DNA from: an uncultured virus (IMG/VR IMGVR_UViG_3300044693_000183)
Lineage: Duplodnaviria > Heunggongvirae > Uroviricota > Caudoviricetes
IMG/VR virus record: IMGVR_UViG_3300044693_000183
Strand: one strand, 5' to 3'
Length of the DNA: 64,000 nt
Shown: piece by piece, positions 28,225 through 38,800 of the stretch
Position numbering within the stretch: the stretch's first letter is position 1
Layout: the number at the start of each line of letters is the position of its first letter
Notes under the pieces: model-generated
The model's database searches: none
What the model was told of the DNA's origin: nothing
The model's input: the letters and a program-made list of their open reading frames with translations, nothing else
Made by a program: the position numbers and the translations under genes

Positions 28225-28590
28225 CTAGTCGGACGGGGGCCACCCGTCATCGTCGGCGCGTTGCTGCGCAGACGTGTCGTCGTCGCAGTCCTCACCAGCT
28301 GGTGGTGCTGTCAACTGCTCCAGCGCCTGGACGCAGTCGTCACAGATCCGGCCAAGCCGATGCCCGAACTGGCCGACGGCCCGCAGCATCCCCGTCAGGC
28401 GCTCCACGTCATCCGGGCTCGCCCCAACCGAAAGCGGCATTTTCGGCCTCCCAACAGATGCGGCGTCGGTACGGTGCGCCTCCACAGCGCACTCCGGACA
28501 CAGGTGCGGGCCACCACAGTCGAACCGCGGCGGGACAGGCCGTTCAGGCACACCACGGCCGACCCACCAGCCATGCGAAGTCCACACCAA
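28225..28590 (-). CDS. Hypothetical protein
   Basis: WTSHGW..CGGPHLCPEC motif. Confidence 0.65.
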   Translation of the reverse strand: MVWTSHGWWVGRGVPERPVPPRFDCGGPHLCPECAVEAHRTDAASVGRPKMPLSVGASPDDVERLTGMLRAVGQFGHRLGRICDDCVQALEQLTAPPAGEDCDDDTSAQQRADDDGWPPSD

Positions 28591-28616
28591 AACCCCAGCC
28601 CCCCAACCCTCGGGCT

Positions 28617-29021
28617 CTACCGGCCAGGCATCTCCGGACAGTTCCCCCGCTTATCCAGCTCAGCCGTCAAATACTTCACCTGGCCACGCAAAACCCTGAT
28701 CTCGGCCTGCGCGTTGGTCAACTGCTCTGCGACCTGATCATGAGCGTGCTGCAGAGTCTCGGCACGCGTGTTCGCCGTCGTCAACTTCTGCTCCAGATCA
28801 TCAGCGCGCTGGTTCGCGTTCTTCAACTGCTGCTCCAGCATCCCAGCTCGCTCTTCCACCTGCTTGACCAGCTGGATCGCGGAGTTCGTGACCATCCCCG
28901 CCTGATCGATCGACAGCTTGCGTCGCTTACGGATCGAGTCGATCGCCGCATACACCCCGCCCAACAAACCCCCGCCGCCACCGAGGATCCCGAACCACAC
29001 ACCAACATCTTGCAGGGACAC
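28617..29021 (-). CDS. Lysis-cassette membrane/coiled-coil protein
   Basis: N-terminal TM, long heptad region. Confidence 0.75.
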   Translation of the reverse strand: MSLQDVGVWFGILGGGGGLLGGVYAAIDSIRKRRKLSIDQAGMVTNSAIQLVKQVEERAGMLEQQLKNANQRADDLEQKLTTANTRAETLQHAHDQVAEQLTNAQAEIRVLRGQVKYLTAELDKRGNCPEMPGR

Positions 29022-29468
29022 CTATTCACCTCCAGGTCCCTCGGTTCTTGACTGCTCCACCGCCTCCGCCCGTTTCAGATCACGCCCGATTTGCAGGAAC
29101 CTGCCGACGCACGCCGCGGCGAACGCCGCCAGGAACAACGCCGAGAACGTGCCGCGCGGCGCATCGACAAACACCAGCCCGCTGTAGAGCATGGTGAACC
29201 CGGCGAGCATCGCGAGCCCGACACGCTCAATCAGCAAGCTGCCCACGCCACGTGTCAGCACACCCACGATCGACACGGTGGCGCCGGCCACTAGGGCGCT
29301 GTACCAGGCCATGACCGCCCAGCCGGGCAGACTTCGTGCGACCACAGCGGACTCACTGGCTGGCGCGAACAGCCCGGCGAGCCCGGACAGGACGCACGCG
29401 GCGAGCAGGTACAGCTGGAACGGGTTTCGGCCGGAGCGGAGCACCGCCCCGGACCGTAGGACTATCAC
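29022..29468 (-). CDS. Lysis-cassette multi-TM protein
   Basis: Four hydrophobic helices. Confidence 0.75.
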   Translation of the reverse strand: MIVLRSGAVLRSGRNPFQLYLLAACVLSGLAGLFAPASESAVVARSLPGWAVMAWYSALVAGATVSIVGVLTRGVGSLLIERVGLAMLAGFTMLYSGLVFVDAPRGTFSALFLAAFAAACVGRFLQIGRDLKRAEAVEQSRTEGPGGE

Positions 29469-29505
29469 GACAGGTCGCCCCCCGGACGGTCGCGGATGGA
29501 TGCGG

Positions 29506-29730
29506 TCAAGAAGTCGGCGGGGTCGGGGTTCTCGGGGCAGCCACTGTTGCCGGGGTCGCGAGGCTGGTCAGCACAGACAGCAGAGCCGCGAGGCCAGCGG
29601 TGCCCAGGGCAGTGCCCCACGGGGCGGTGCCCAGGGTCAGGCCGGACACGCCGAGGACGGCGATCAGGGACTGGGCGAACGTCTTGACGGCGCGCTCGAA
29701 CGCGCCTTGCCAAAAGGCTAGGGTGAACAC
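29506..29730 (-). CDS. Holin (r1t-like)
   Basis: FW...ERAVKTFAQ..LSVLTS signature. Confidence 0.9.
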   Translation of the reverse strand: MFTLAFWQGAFERAVKTFAQSLIAVLGVSGLTLGTAPWGTALGTAGLAALLSVLTSLATPATVAAPRTPTPPTS

Positions 29731-29764
29731 GGGTTCTCCTTGCTGGGTAACAGGAACTGGGTGG

Positions 29765-30532
29765 TCAGAGGCCGGTCTCGGCGAGCCAGGCGTGGAGCTC
29801 GCCGGTGAGGCGTCGATCGGCGCGGGAGTGGTGTGGGCCGGCGTTCAGCCACGTCCGAGCAGCCACCGCCAAAGCCTGGTCAGGGTTGACCACAGGCGGG
29901 CCAGGAGGGGCGGGCGCGGGGGCTGGTGGGGGTCCGGGGATGGGATTGGGATTGGGGCGGCGAAACGGGTTGGGCTCGCCAGTCAACGCCGAAAAGTCCT
30001 CACCCAACGCAAAGGCCACTAGCCCTCCAGGCGTAGAGCCGTTGGCCTCGATCCAGTCCTGCGTTATCGGAGCCCACACCTCAGTGACGTAGGTCTGCGC
30101 CCACGCGAACGTGATCAGCTGCACAGCGCCCCACGTGGTGGCACCGAACAACTTCTTGTCTGCGTCATACGCCCCAAGATGGATGGCGTGCCCACCCTCG
30201 ATGCCGCCGTCGTTGGCCACCACATCCCAGGGCTGCCCGTTGGCAAACTGCTCCTGCGCGATGGCCGGGAGCTGCACACCTACAGCGACCGCGCCGAACA
30301 GGTCGATCGCCGCCTGGATGTGGTCAAGCTTCGTGTGGTCGACACGGGCATAGGCCACGATCTTGTGGCCGCCGACGCCGGTCTTCCGCCAATACGCTAA
30401 CCAGTCCGCCAGCGGCGCCGCGGTCGGCGCCACCGCGGTCGGGTCGAGGTGTGCAGACAGCAGCAGGTGCGGCCGCGAGAAGTCTGGGGCCTTAGCCCCG
30501 AGCTGGCCCGGCAGACGCAGGTAGTTCGACAC
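29765..30532 (-). CDS. Papain-like peptidase homolog, apparently internally deleted (no Cys)
   Basis: YWRKTG, GGHAI..YD..TWG motifs; protein contains no cysteine. Confidence 0.6.
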   Translation of the reverse strand: MSNYLRLPGQLGAKAPDFSRPHLLLSAHLDPTAVAPTAAPLADWLAYWRKTGVGGHKIVAYARVDHTKLDHIQAAIDLFGAVAVGVQLPAIAQEQFANGQPWDVVANDGGIEGGHAIHLGAYDADKKLFGATTWGAVQLITFAWAQTYVTEVWAPITQDWIEANGSTPGGLVAFALGEDFSALTGEPNPFRRPNPNPIPGPPPAPAPAPPGPPVVNPDQALAVAARTWLNAGPHHSRADRRLTGELHAWLAETGL

Positions 30533-30561
30533 GCAGGAACTCCTCAATGGGTGTGGGGGAA

Positions 30562-31548
30562 TCAGGCGGCGGCGGCCTTGCTGAGCACGGCCAGCAGTGC
30601 CGCCACGACCTGCTGCGGCAGACCAGCGTCCGACAGCGCCTTCGCCACCGCGGCCGCGTCCACACTCGCCACAGGCTGGGCCTTGATCGCCGCCAGGAGG
30701 TCCGTCTCCTGCTGCGTCAACGCGCCCTGGATCGCGGTCACCTGCGTGACCAGGCCGTTGAGGGCGGTGAGAATCTGCTGCCGCTCCCCCTCCTCGCGCT
30801 TGAACTGATCCCCGTCGAAGTTCTCGCCCTCCACGCCCTGAGACATGGACAGAACCCGGTCGAAGATGCGCTGCTGCTGCCAGTCGGCGAGTGCCATGAG
30901 AAAGTCCTCTCCAATCGTGAGATCGGCGAGTCCCCACCCGCCTACGGTGACGGACCTGTCTGTCACGCCCGTAGCGCCTGGTGTTGGCGCGTTGTCGGTG
31001 TACTGGTGGATCGCCAGTCGCGGGTGGGACCAGCCGAGCTGGCCGGGTTGCCCCGTGTACTGGGCCGCGCACAACACCACGCCGCTGTCCGCCCACGTCG
31101 CTGGGGTGAGGAACCCGTTGGCGAACCACGACTCCGAGCCGTACACGCACAGCAGCTGCTGCCCGGTGGCCGCCCGCAGCGCGTCCCGGAACGCTGGGAT
31201 GAACGCGTTTGCTCCTTGGGCTGACCATGTGATGCCGTCGCCGGGCGAGTTCTCCATGTCCAACATGGGCACGAACGACCCCGGCTGGAATGCTCCTTGC
31301 GCGCCGGCAACCGCCACGAAGTGCTGCACGTTCGTCGCCACTGACACCCGCGGGTCCGGAAAGTGGTAGGCGCCCATGGCGAGACCAGCCGCACGGCCAG
31401 ACGCCATCTGCAACGCGAACAGCGGGTTCACGTAACCATCGGCTTGGGTGGCTTTCGCCCACGCCCAGCTGTTCCCCGCACCCTTAACCGCCGACCAGTC
31501 CGTGATCGTGTTGAAGGAGCTGACATCGATCCCGAAGTCACCGCTCAC
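30562..31548 (-). CDS. Endolysin, GH25 muramidase
   Basis: FGIDVS, AKATQ, GAYHF, LDME, HQYTD. Confidence 0.92.
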   Translation of the reverse strand: MSGDFGIDVSSFNTITDWSAVKGAGNSWAWAKATQADGYVNPLFALQMASGRAAGLAMGAYHFPDPRVSVATNVQHFVAVAGAQGAFQPGSFVPMLDMENSPGDGITWSAQGANAFIPAFRDALRAATGQQLLCVYGSESWFANGFLTPATWADSGVVLCAAQYTGQPGQLGWSHPRLAIHQYTDNAPTPGATGVTDRSVTVGGWGLADLTIGEDFLMALADWQQQRIFDRVLSMSQGVEGENFDGDQFKREEGERQQILTALNGLVTQVTAIQGALTQQETDLLAAIKAQPVASVDAAAVAKALSDAGLPQQVVAALLAVLSKAAAA

Positions 31549-31976
31549 GTGATCAGCCCCTTTACCCACTTGCTGGCCTCGTAGTCGGCTGCGGCTGCGG
31601 TGTGGACGCCGCCGTGCCCACGGTGATGAAACGCGCACAGCCACTGGAAATTCGGGGCGGTCTCGATCCACTCCCCCACCTGCTCGGGGTCAGAGATCCC
31701 CGGGTACAGGTGCTCCAGTCGGGCCAAGTCGACACCGTTCTGCAGAGAGAACTCGACGTGCGTGTGGTGCAGCTCCAGGCCACCGTGGCACTCGGAATCG
31801 TCACCACACTCGACAGCGAACTGGCAGCGTGCAGTGTCCTTGGTTCGGCGCCGATACGCCTCGAAGTCCCGGTAATGCGGGTCCTCAGCCCTAGGAGGAT
31901 GGGGTGGGAAGTGCGTTACATAGTGGTGAGTGGTGGCCTGCGTGTGCGCGGGCACCACTGGTGGCTCATCAGCCAT
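31545..31976 (-). CDS. His/Cys-rich HNH-like protein
   Basis: C..C..LELHH..NFQWLCAFHHRG..GVH. Confidence 0.6.
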   Translation of the reverse strand: MADEPPVVPAHTQATTHHYVTHFPPHPPRAEDPHYRDFEAYRRRTKDTARCQFAVECGDDSECHGGLELHHTHVEFSLQNGVDLARLEHLYPGISDPEQVGEWIETAPNFQWLCAFHHRGHGGVHTAAAADYEASKWVKGLIT

Positions 31977-32030
31977 GGGTGGCCCTCTCGGGTATCAGGG
32001 GCCGGGCGGCGGTCGGCCAAAAGACAGGAG

Positions 32031-32546
32031 CTAGCTTGCGGCTTCAGTCGCGTAGACCGGGTAGGCCACGATCGTGCCCGTGCCGGACAGCATCTGGCTG
32101 TAGCACTGCAACACAACGGTGTGCCCGTACCACGAGGACGGGACCTGATAGGCCGTGTCGATGACGCCAGTCAAGGTGCCGGCGAGAGCGGCGGACAGGA
32201 CACCCGCACCCGGGGTGGTGCCGGTGATGGTGAGCAGCGTCGACACCGCGAGGGTTTCCGCATCAACCGCCTGCACGGTCAGTTGCGCGGCCGCCGCGCC
32301 ACCAGAGGCTGTGAGTGTCACATACCAGCCGACGTGGATCGCGGGCACGCTTGCGGAGAACGTGTAGCCGCCGATCGCGAGCTGCTTCGCCGTGGTGGTG
32401 GTGTTGCTGTAGTCGTTGTTCGCGGCAGTCGCCAGTAGCGGGATCCGCTGGTACTGCGTGTACCTGGTGCGGGACAGGACGTCCAGCTGGCGGCTGACAG
32501 CCTTCAGCCGGTCGGTCAAACCGTCTTGGCGTGGTGTCGCAACCAT
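32031..32546 (-). CDS. Minor tail protein
   Basis: Position at end of tail block; beta-rich. Confidence 0.6.
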   Translation of the reverse strand: MVATPRQDGLTDRLKAVSRQLDVLSRTRYTQYQRIPLLATAANNDYSNTTTTAKQLAIGGYTFSASVPAIHVGWYVTLTASGGAAAAQLTVQAVDAETLAVSTLLTITGTTPGAGVLSAALAGTLTGVIDTAYQVPSSWYGHTVVLQCYSQMLSGTGTIVAYPVYATEAAS

Positions 32547-32547
32547 C

Positions 32548-33714
32548 TCAGAGCATCCCCTGTACCGCTTGGAGGATCACGGCCATGTTGTCCTGGGTCG
32601 TGCCCTGACTGAAGCCCAGGATGCGCTGCTGGTACTGGCCGGGCGGTTCCCACCAGTGCTGGCTGACGGTGAACGTCGCATACGTGCCCGGATCGTACGA
32701 GGAGATGTCCGGGGCGTTCGCGTCGATCCGCACCAGCGACGTCCACGTCTCCACGTTGTACGAGTACAACGCGAGATCCCCATCAGCCCAGCCCTGCATC
32801 GTCACCGGGTCGGCACTGTCATTGTGGCTGGAGTCGACCATGTCCAGCGCCGGGTAGCCGCCAGCGGTGAGGGTCGTGGACTGCGACATGACCGCCGTCG
32901 GGGCGTTCGTCGACGAGGTGCCCTTGAGGATCACGTCGGTGGCGAGGTTCGCGCCGTTCACGTCCACACCGAACGTCTCAAACGACGAGAGCTGGTCGAA
33001 GAACAGCTGCGCACCAGCCTGTTGCAGGATCGGGTTTCCGATCCTCATCGACCACCGAATGTAGCCGGGGTTCGCGGGATCGAAATAGGGTTTGAAATCG
33101 ATGTCGGGGCCGCCGACTTCCTGCGTCAGGTCCGCCAGGCGAGCCCCGACCATCGCTAGGTCTGCGAGAGCGTACGTGCGGGTCTGGGTGCCGCCCACAT
33201 CGGTGGGGATGTCGATCGGCAGCTGGTAGGCGGTGCCGCGGGACATGTTGTCGGAGACGAGGTGCGCGGCGATGTCGTGCAACGCCATGCGCGTGTACGT
33301 CGTGTCCCCCGCAGCCGACAGCGCCAGGGTGGCCCCGCCCGTGGTTGGGGACAGCGTGTAGGTGGGGTTCACCAACACGCGCTTGTCCGTGAACAGTCCC
33401 CAGATGCCTTTGGCCTGCACGTTCACCTGTGGCGTGGCATTGTCCGGGACCTGAACATCCACGATCGGGCCTGCTTGGACGATCGTGTTGCCGCGGTAGA
33501 CGGCGAGCCCGAACCGCCACGGGGCGAGCATTCCCCGCAACGTCGTCTGCGGTGGCACGCCAGGGTCTTGGGGCTGGATCGTGACGGAGATAGCGCCCTC
33601 GTTGTTGATCTGCCGCGTGAACGTGGGGATCCCGGTGATGGGCATGTCGTCGTGTTGGATCCGGCCGGTGCGCACATCGAACACGGCGATCTTCCAGCGG
33701 GCGGGTAGACCCAC
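32548..33714 (-). CDS. Minor tail/hub protein
   Basis: Position; GPIV, GGPDIDF, GYPALD patterns typical of actinophage tail proteins. Confidence 0.75.
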   Translation of the reverse strand: MGLPARWKIAVFDVRTGRIQHDDMPITGIPTFTRQINNEGAISVTIQPQDPGVPPQTTLRGMLAPWRFGLAVYRGNTIVQAGPIVDVQVPDNATPQVNVQAKGIWGLFTDKRVLVNPTYTLSPTTGGATLALSAAGDTTYTRMALHDIAAHLVSDNMSRGTAYQLPIDIPTDVGGTQTRTYALADLAMVGARLADLTQEVGGPDIDFKPYFDPANPGYIRWSMRIGNPILQQAGAQLFFDQLSSFETFGVDVNGANLATDVILKGTSSTNAPTAVMSQSTTLTAGGYPALDMVDSSHNDSADPVTMQGWADGDLALYSYNVETWTSLVRIDANAPDISSYDPGTYATFTVSQHWWEPPGQYQQRILGFSQGTTQDNMAVILQAVQGML

Positions 33715-33731
33715 GACAACCTCCCCTCACA

Positions 33732-34919
33732 TCACTTGGGGCCGACCCAGCGGAACGTCACACAGTTCTTGCCTGGCGCGGACACGTCCGTCGAGTAGGT
33801 CGCGGTGTTGGCGTCCCACTTGGTGTACGTGCACGACAGTGTGTCGCCGACGTTGAACGCGTCCGTCATGACCACAGACCCTTGGGTTTCGCCGTTCGCG
33901 CCGTTCGTGCCGTCCAGGATTTTCCGGATGTCGTTGCGGTACACGGTGGTCAGCGCGGCATCACGCAGGTTAAACGCGAACCAGCCCGCGGCCTGCGTGG
34001 ACAGGGCGTTGCACGAGGAATGGAACTTGATCTCCCACACGCCGGCCCGGTTGAACGTGAAGTCGGTGTAGGCGCTGTACCCGGACCCGACAGCGGCGGT
34101 GATGTCCGGTGTCGTGGTCGACCCCGAGTCGAACTGAAACTTCAACTCGGAGTTGTTGGTGGTGATCGAGCGGCTAACGGCCGCGACGTACTTCGCGAAC
34201 CCCAGCCCTGGGCTGAGCCACATGTCGTTCCACTTGCCGCCTACCCACGCCCGGTAGTTCCCGGTCGTGCCACCAGCACCCTCCACCCAGGAGCCCTCGC
34301 CGTCAATGTAGGCGGTCGGGCTCGTCGAGGACGCGTTGTCACCGGGCAGCATGGGGCGGAAGCCGCCCCGCAGACCGGCGGAGTTACGCACATCAGTGAT
34401 GTTGGACTGGGTGATGCCGGTAGCGTTCGCGTTGACCCGCACCTGCGCTAGTGGGATCGCGACAGTACCGCCCCCCGTGTTCGTCGGCAGTGCTGGCGCG
34501 ACTGGCGAGCTCGCCGGGGTGCCAGTGACTGCTTCGATCGTGGCCTGCGTGGACCCGTCAGACAGGACCCCGTCGTACACGCGCATGATGACCAAATCGA
34601 TGCGGGGGTTCGTCGGGTCCGCCGTCGACAGTGTCACTGTCACCGTTGAGCTGGAGATCGCCAGATAGGGGCCTTGACCGGCGCGGTTGATGACACCCGC
34701 CCCAGCGAACACATCCACGCTCAGGTTCGTGCCCGACCCGTGCTGCCCCACCCACAGGTCAACGTAGGTGCCGTTGTTCGATGTGGAGCACAGCACCCCG
34801 GATCTCGCGCTGTTTGACAGGGCGCTCGTGCCGGTGCCGAGGAACGCGACATCGTGGTATCGGCCGATCTTGGCGGTGTTCGTTGATTGGAGCGACCATG
34901 CCCCATCGATCGCGACCAT
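33732..34919 (-). CDS. Minor tail protein
   Basis: ADPTNPRIDLV..GTPASSPVAP..LAQVRV..ITDVR. Confidence 0.8.
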   Translation of the reverse strand: MVAIDGAWSLQSTNTAKIGRYHDVAFLGTGTSALSNSARSGVLCSTSNNGTYVDLWVGQHGSGTNLSVDVFAGAGVINRAGQGPYLAISSSTVTVTLSTADPTNPRIDLVIMRVYDGVLSDGSTQATIEAVTGTPASSPVAPALPTNTGGGTVAIPLAQVRVNANATGITQSNITDVRNSAGLRGGFRPMLPGDNASSTSPTAYIDGEGSWVEGAGGTTGNYRAWVGGKWNDMWLSPGLGFAKYVAAVSRSITTNNSELKFQFDSGSTTTPDITAAVGSGYSAYTDFTFNRAGVWEIKFHSSCNALSTQAAGWFAFNLRDAALTTVYRNDIRKILDGTNGANGETQGSVVMTDAFNVGDTLSCTYTKWDANTATYSTDVSAPGKNCVTFRWVGPK

Positions 34920-34931
34920 GGGTCAGCTCCT

Positions 34932-35852
34932 CTAGTGGTAGGCGGGGTACCAGGACACGGCGAGGCTGGCGGTGGACGAGTAGGAGCTGGCGGAGAACGC
35001 GAGTACATAGGCGGTGGCGGCGGAGAACGAAAACCACTGGGATGTCGTCAGGAACGGGCGCCGATCCGAGCCGTTGACCTGCACGTACCGGTTGAACGGG
35101 CTCGTGGAGATCACCAGCTGGTCTCCGCTGTTCAGGGTGGACGCGTACTGCAGAACCTGGCCTGTTGTGGAGCAGGTGATCGTGGGGTTCGTGATGCCCG
35201 TGCCGGCGTTGACGGTGAACGTGGGCCACGTCGGCGCGGTGCCGCCGTTGAGGACGGCGACTGTGCCGTTCGACACCGTGGTGCCCCAGTTCAGGCCACC
35301 CCCCGTGGACCAGTCCAGGCCACCCCCGGTGGACCAGTCCAGGCCGCCAGTAGCGGACGGCAGGAACGTGGACGCCTGCTGCAAGGTCGAGGAGTACTTC
35401 GTCGGATCCGGTGCCGCCAACTGGATCGTCCACGCGCATGTCAGATACGCGATGGGGGTCATGAGGATCTGGGCGTCCAGCTCGACCTGCGCGGTGAGGG
35501 TGCCGGTTTCCTCCGCGCACGACAGTGTGTACAGCTGAGCCGGGTCCCCGCACACCGCAGCCAGCTGGTGTTGGGCGGTGCGTAGCGCGGTGATGGTGGG
35601 GGCGGTCATCGTCCCCTCCAGGGAGATGATTCGTTCTCCCCGGAAGTTCTGCGACCGGTACGAGCCGGTGGCGCCGGCCTTGTTGGTTCGCGCCGGCTTC
35701 GGCGGGGCCGACGCGAACCACCCGGTCTCTTTGGTGAGGATCCAGTCGACGCCATTCGCATCGGTCGTGTTGATCGTCACCTGTGGGGTGCCGGACGAGT
35801 CGCTGATCGTGTACTGCGGCCCGTACAGCACCTGGTTGTAGACGAACGACAT
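34932..35852 (-). CDS. Distal tail protein
   Basis: Follows TMP; IQLAAPDPTKY, NGGTAPTWP; GGLDWST repeats. Confidence 0.8.
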   Translation of the reverse strand: MSFVYNQVLYGPQYTISDSSGTPQVTINTTDANGVDWILTKETGWFASAPPKPARTNKAGATGSYRSQNFRGERIISLEGTMTAPTITALRTAQHQLAAVCGDPAQLYTLSCAEETGTLTAQVELDAQILMTPIAYLTCAWTIQLAAPDPTKYSSTLQQASTFLPSATGGLDWSTGGGLDWSTGGGLNWGTTVSNGTVAVLNGGTAPTWPTFTVNAGTGITNPTITCSTTGQVLQYASTLNSGDQLVISTSPFNRYVQVNGSDRRPFLTTSQWFSFSAATAYVLAFSASSYSSTASLAVSWYPAYH

Positions 35853-35864
35853 CGAGCCACACTC

Positions 35865-38800
35865 CTATCTGCGTAGCTCGTGCCCGATCCGTGCCGCCAC
35901 CTCGTGGGCGATCGACATCTCCGACTGTGCCTCACGCGGATACACGTGAACGTGCACGTCGCCGCGGGGGCTGTTCGCGATGGAGTGCAGGTTCGCCGTC
36001 TGCTGCGGCGTCAACACCGCCTCCGGCCGGCCCGTGGCGTTGAACACGGTGTGCACGCCCGGCATCAGGTAGCCGCCGGAGTCGTACCCCTTGGGGGGAA
36101 GGTTCGCGTTGGCCTGCTGAACGTTCGTGATGTTGCCGTAGCGGGCGCCGATGTAGTTGATCGCCGCCGCGACGTTCGCCACTGGGTCCACGAGGGAGTT
36201 GGGTAGCGACTTGTTGCGGTACGTCGCGAACGTCGGCCCAATGACCTGCGCCAACCCCGTGGAGGGGGTGCCGGCTTTGGCGTTGGAGTCCCAGTTGTTG
36301 ACTGCGCTCGCGTTCCACCCGGACTCGCGGCTGATCAGCGTGTTCAGGCCGGCTTCCCACACCGCCCAGGCATCCTTGGGGATCCCGTCCGCCGACAGGG
36401 CTGCGTCGATGATCGCTAGGTGCTGCCCTGCGGGGATCGTCCCACCCAACGCGGGGGCGGTGGCGTCCTTCTGGCCCAGGAAGTTCAGCAGGTCCGTCTC
36501 GACCTTCTGGGTCATGCCCGTCAACGCCCTCTTAGCAACATTGTCCGGGCTTCCCGGGATCTGCCCAACCAAAGGGTTGACGACCCCGGTGAAGAACCCC
36601 TGCGCGGCGGCTCGTAGGCCGCCGAGCACAACGTTCTTCAGCCCGCTCCACGCGGCGGAGGCTTCCGCTCCGATGCCGTTGAGAACGTCAGAGACGAAAC
36701 CACCCAGGCCGTACCCGGGCAGGCCGCCAGTCATGGTGGGGCCGGTCCCACCAGACCCGTACAGGGAGTTGATCGCGGCGATCCCTCTCGCCCCACCCAA
36801 CGCCGCAGTGGCCTGCGGCACCAGCACACCCTCACCTGGGGACAGCAGGGCGTGCACCGTGTCCTGACCGGGCGCGTACCCGGGCACGACACCACCAGTG
36901 GCGAACGTCGGCAGGTTTGGGTCCGGGATGTTCGGGATCCCGCTGATACCGACCTGCTTGAGAACCCAGTTGATGCCCTTGATGATCCCGTCGTTCAGGA
37001 CCGTGCGGATCACGAACTCGACCGGCGTGCCGAACAGTTTCTTCAATCCATCCCAGATGTCACCGATCTTGGAGACGCCATCATGGAACCCGGACACCAA
37101 CGCATCGAGAGCAGCCTTGATGCCGTGCTCCCACACGGTCTGGACGAAGAAATCTACGATCGGTTGCAGGACGTCGTCCCGCAGGATCTTGCACTCTTCA
37201 TCGAAGACCTGACGCAGCCACTTCCACTTGTCCGAGATCCAGTTGACTGCGGCTAGGATGCCGTTCTCCCACACGGTGTGCACGAAGAAGTCGGCGAGCG
37301 GCTGGAGGACGTTGTCACGCAGGAACTTCCACTCCTGGTCGAAGACCTGACGCAGCCATGTCCACTTGTCGGAGATCCAGTTTGCCGCTGCTAGGATACC
37401 GTTTTCCCACACCGTGTGGACGAAGAAGTCCGCGAGCGGCTGGAGGATGTAGTCACGCAGGAACTTCCACTCGATCTCAAATGCCAGCCGCATTTCCTGG
37501 AATCTTCGACCGATCCATTCGAGGACGGGTCTGACGGCGCTGTCGTAAAGCCATAAGAAGAATTTACCCAACGTGCTAACGACAGCAGTGGCCCCGTTGA
37601 ATGCTGGCTGTAGGATATTTTGGAACACCCAGATCGCTGCGGAGCCGATGGCCCCAAGAGCCGGCTTGATGGCGTTTGTCCACAACCAGCTGAAAATTAT
37701 GGCCAAGCCCTTGATGGCAAGCACGAACGGTGCGATCCAAATCGCTATAATGACCTTGGCGACGATGATCGCAGCCTGCGCGATGAAGTTGAACACCGGC
37801 TGTAAAACGTTCTGCCAAAGCCACGCCGCCGCAGAACCAACCGCTTTCACGGCGGTCACGACCGCGTCGAACGCCGGCTTCAGTGCGTTCTGGTACAGCC
37901 ACACGCCCGCGGCACCCACCGCTTTCACGGCCGACACGATCGCATCGAACGCCGGCTTCAACGCATTCTGGTACAGCCACACGCCCGCCGCACCGACCGC
38001 CTTCGCGGCCGCGACCACGGCGTTGAAGCCGACCTCGATACCATGGACCGCCGCCAGGAAACCAACCTTGATGGCGGTTCCGATAGCGTTGACGATGTTG
38101 CGGAACGACTCAAAGTGGAAATAAGCGTAGACAAGCCCAGCAACTACAGCCATGATCGCTGTCGCGATCAGCATGATCGGGTTGGCCCTCATTACCAAGT
38201 TCAGGGCAACTTGGGCTATCTCGACAGCTTTCGTTGCCGCAGCCCACACCGACATCGCAGCCTTGACCGCCAAGATCGGCGTCACCAGGCCGCCAATGAC
38301 GGCCGCGAACAACCCGATCCAGTTGATGTTTTGCTTCAGCCACGTTCCCAGGCCGGTCAAGCCGTGGGTGAAGTCGGTAACCCAGCCCAAGGCCGCTGTC
38401 GCGGCAGGAAGCAGCTTCTCACCGATCGCAGTAATGAACGCCTCAGAGCTTGCCTTCGCCTCAGCCAGCTTCTGATTGAACGTGCCCTGAATGTCCGACC
38501 AGCCCTTGACATTACGCCCAGCCTCGTTGGTCGCGCCAGAGATTTCGTTGATGTTCGACAAGGTCGAACCAGCGTTCTCGCCCGTCAACATCAAAGCAAC
38601 GTTCATCGACGTCGAGTTACCCGTGGCCTTAGCCAACGCCTGCGTGTACGTCTGCGCCGCAGTGCTACCCGACTTCAACGCCTGCGAGAACCCGTCAGCG
38701 TTGTTCCGCATATTGACCCACTGCGTCAACAACGCAGCCTGATCGGCGGGCAGGTTCTTCAAACCCTGCCGCCAATCGTTCATCGAGATCTTACCCTGAT

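Noticed and set aside
37100..37500. TMP repeats as DGR template/variable repeats
   Set aside because: No reverse transcriptase in the window and differences are not adenine-specific
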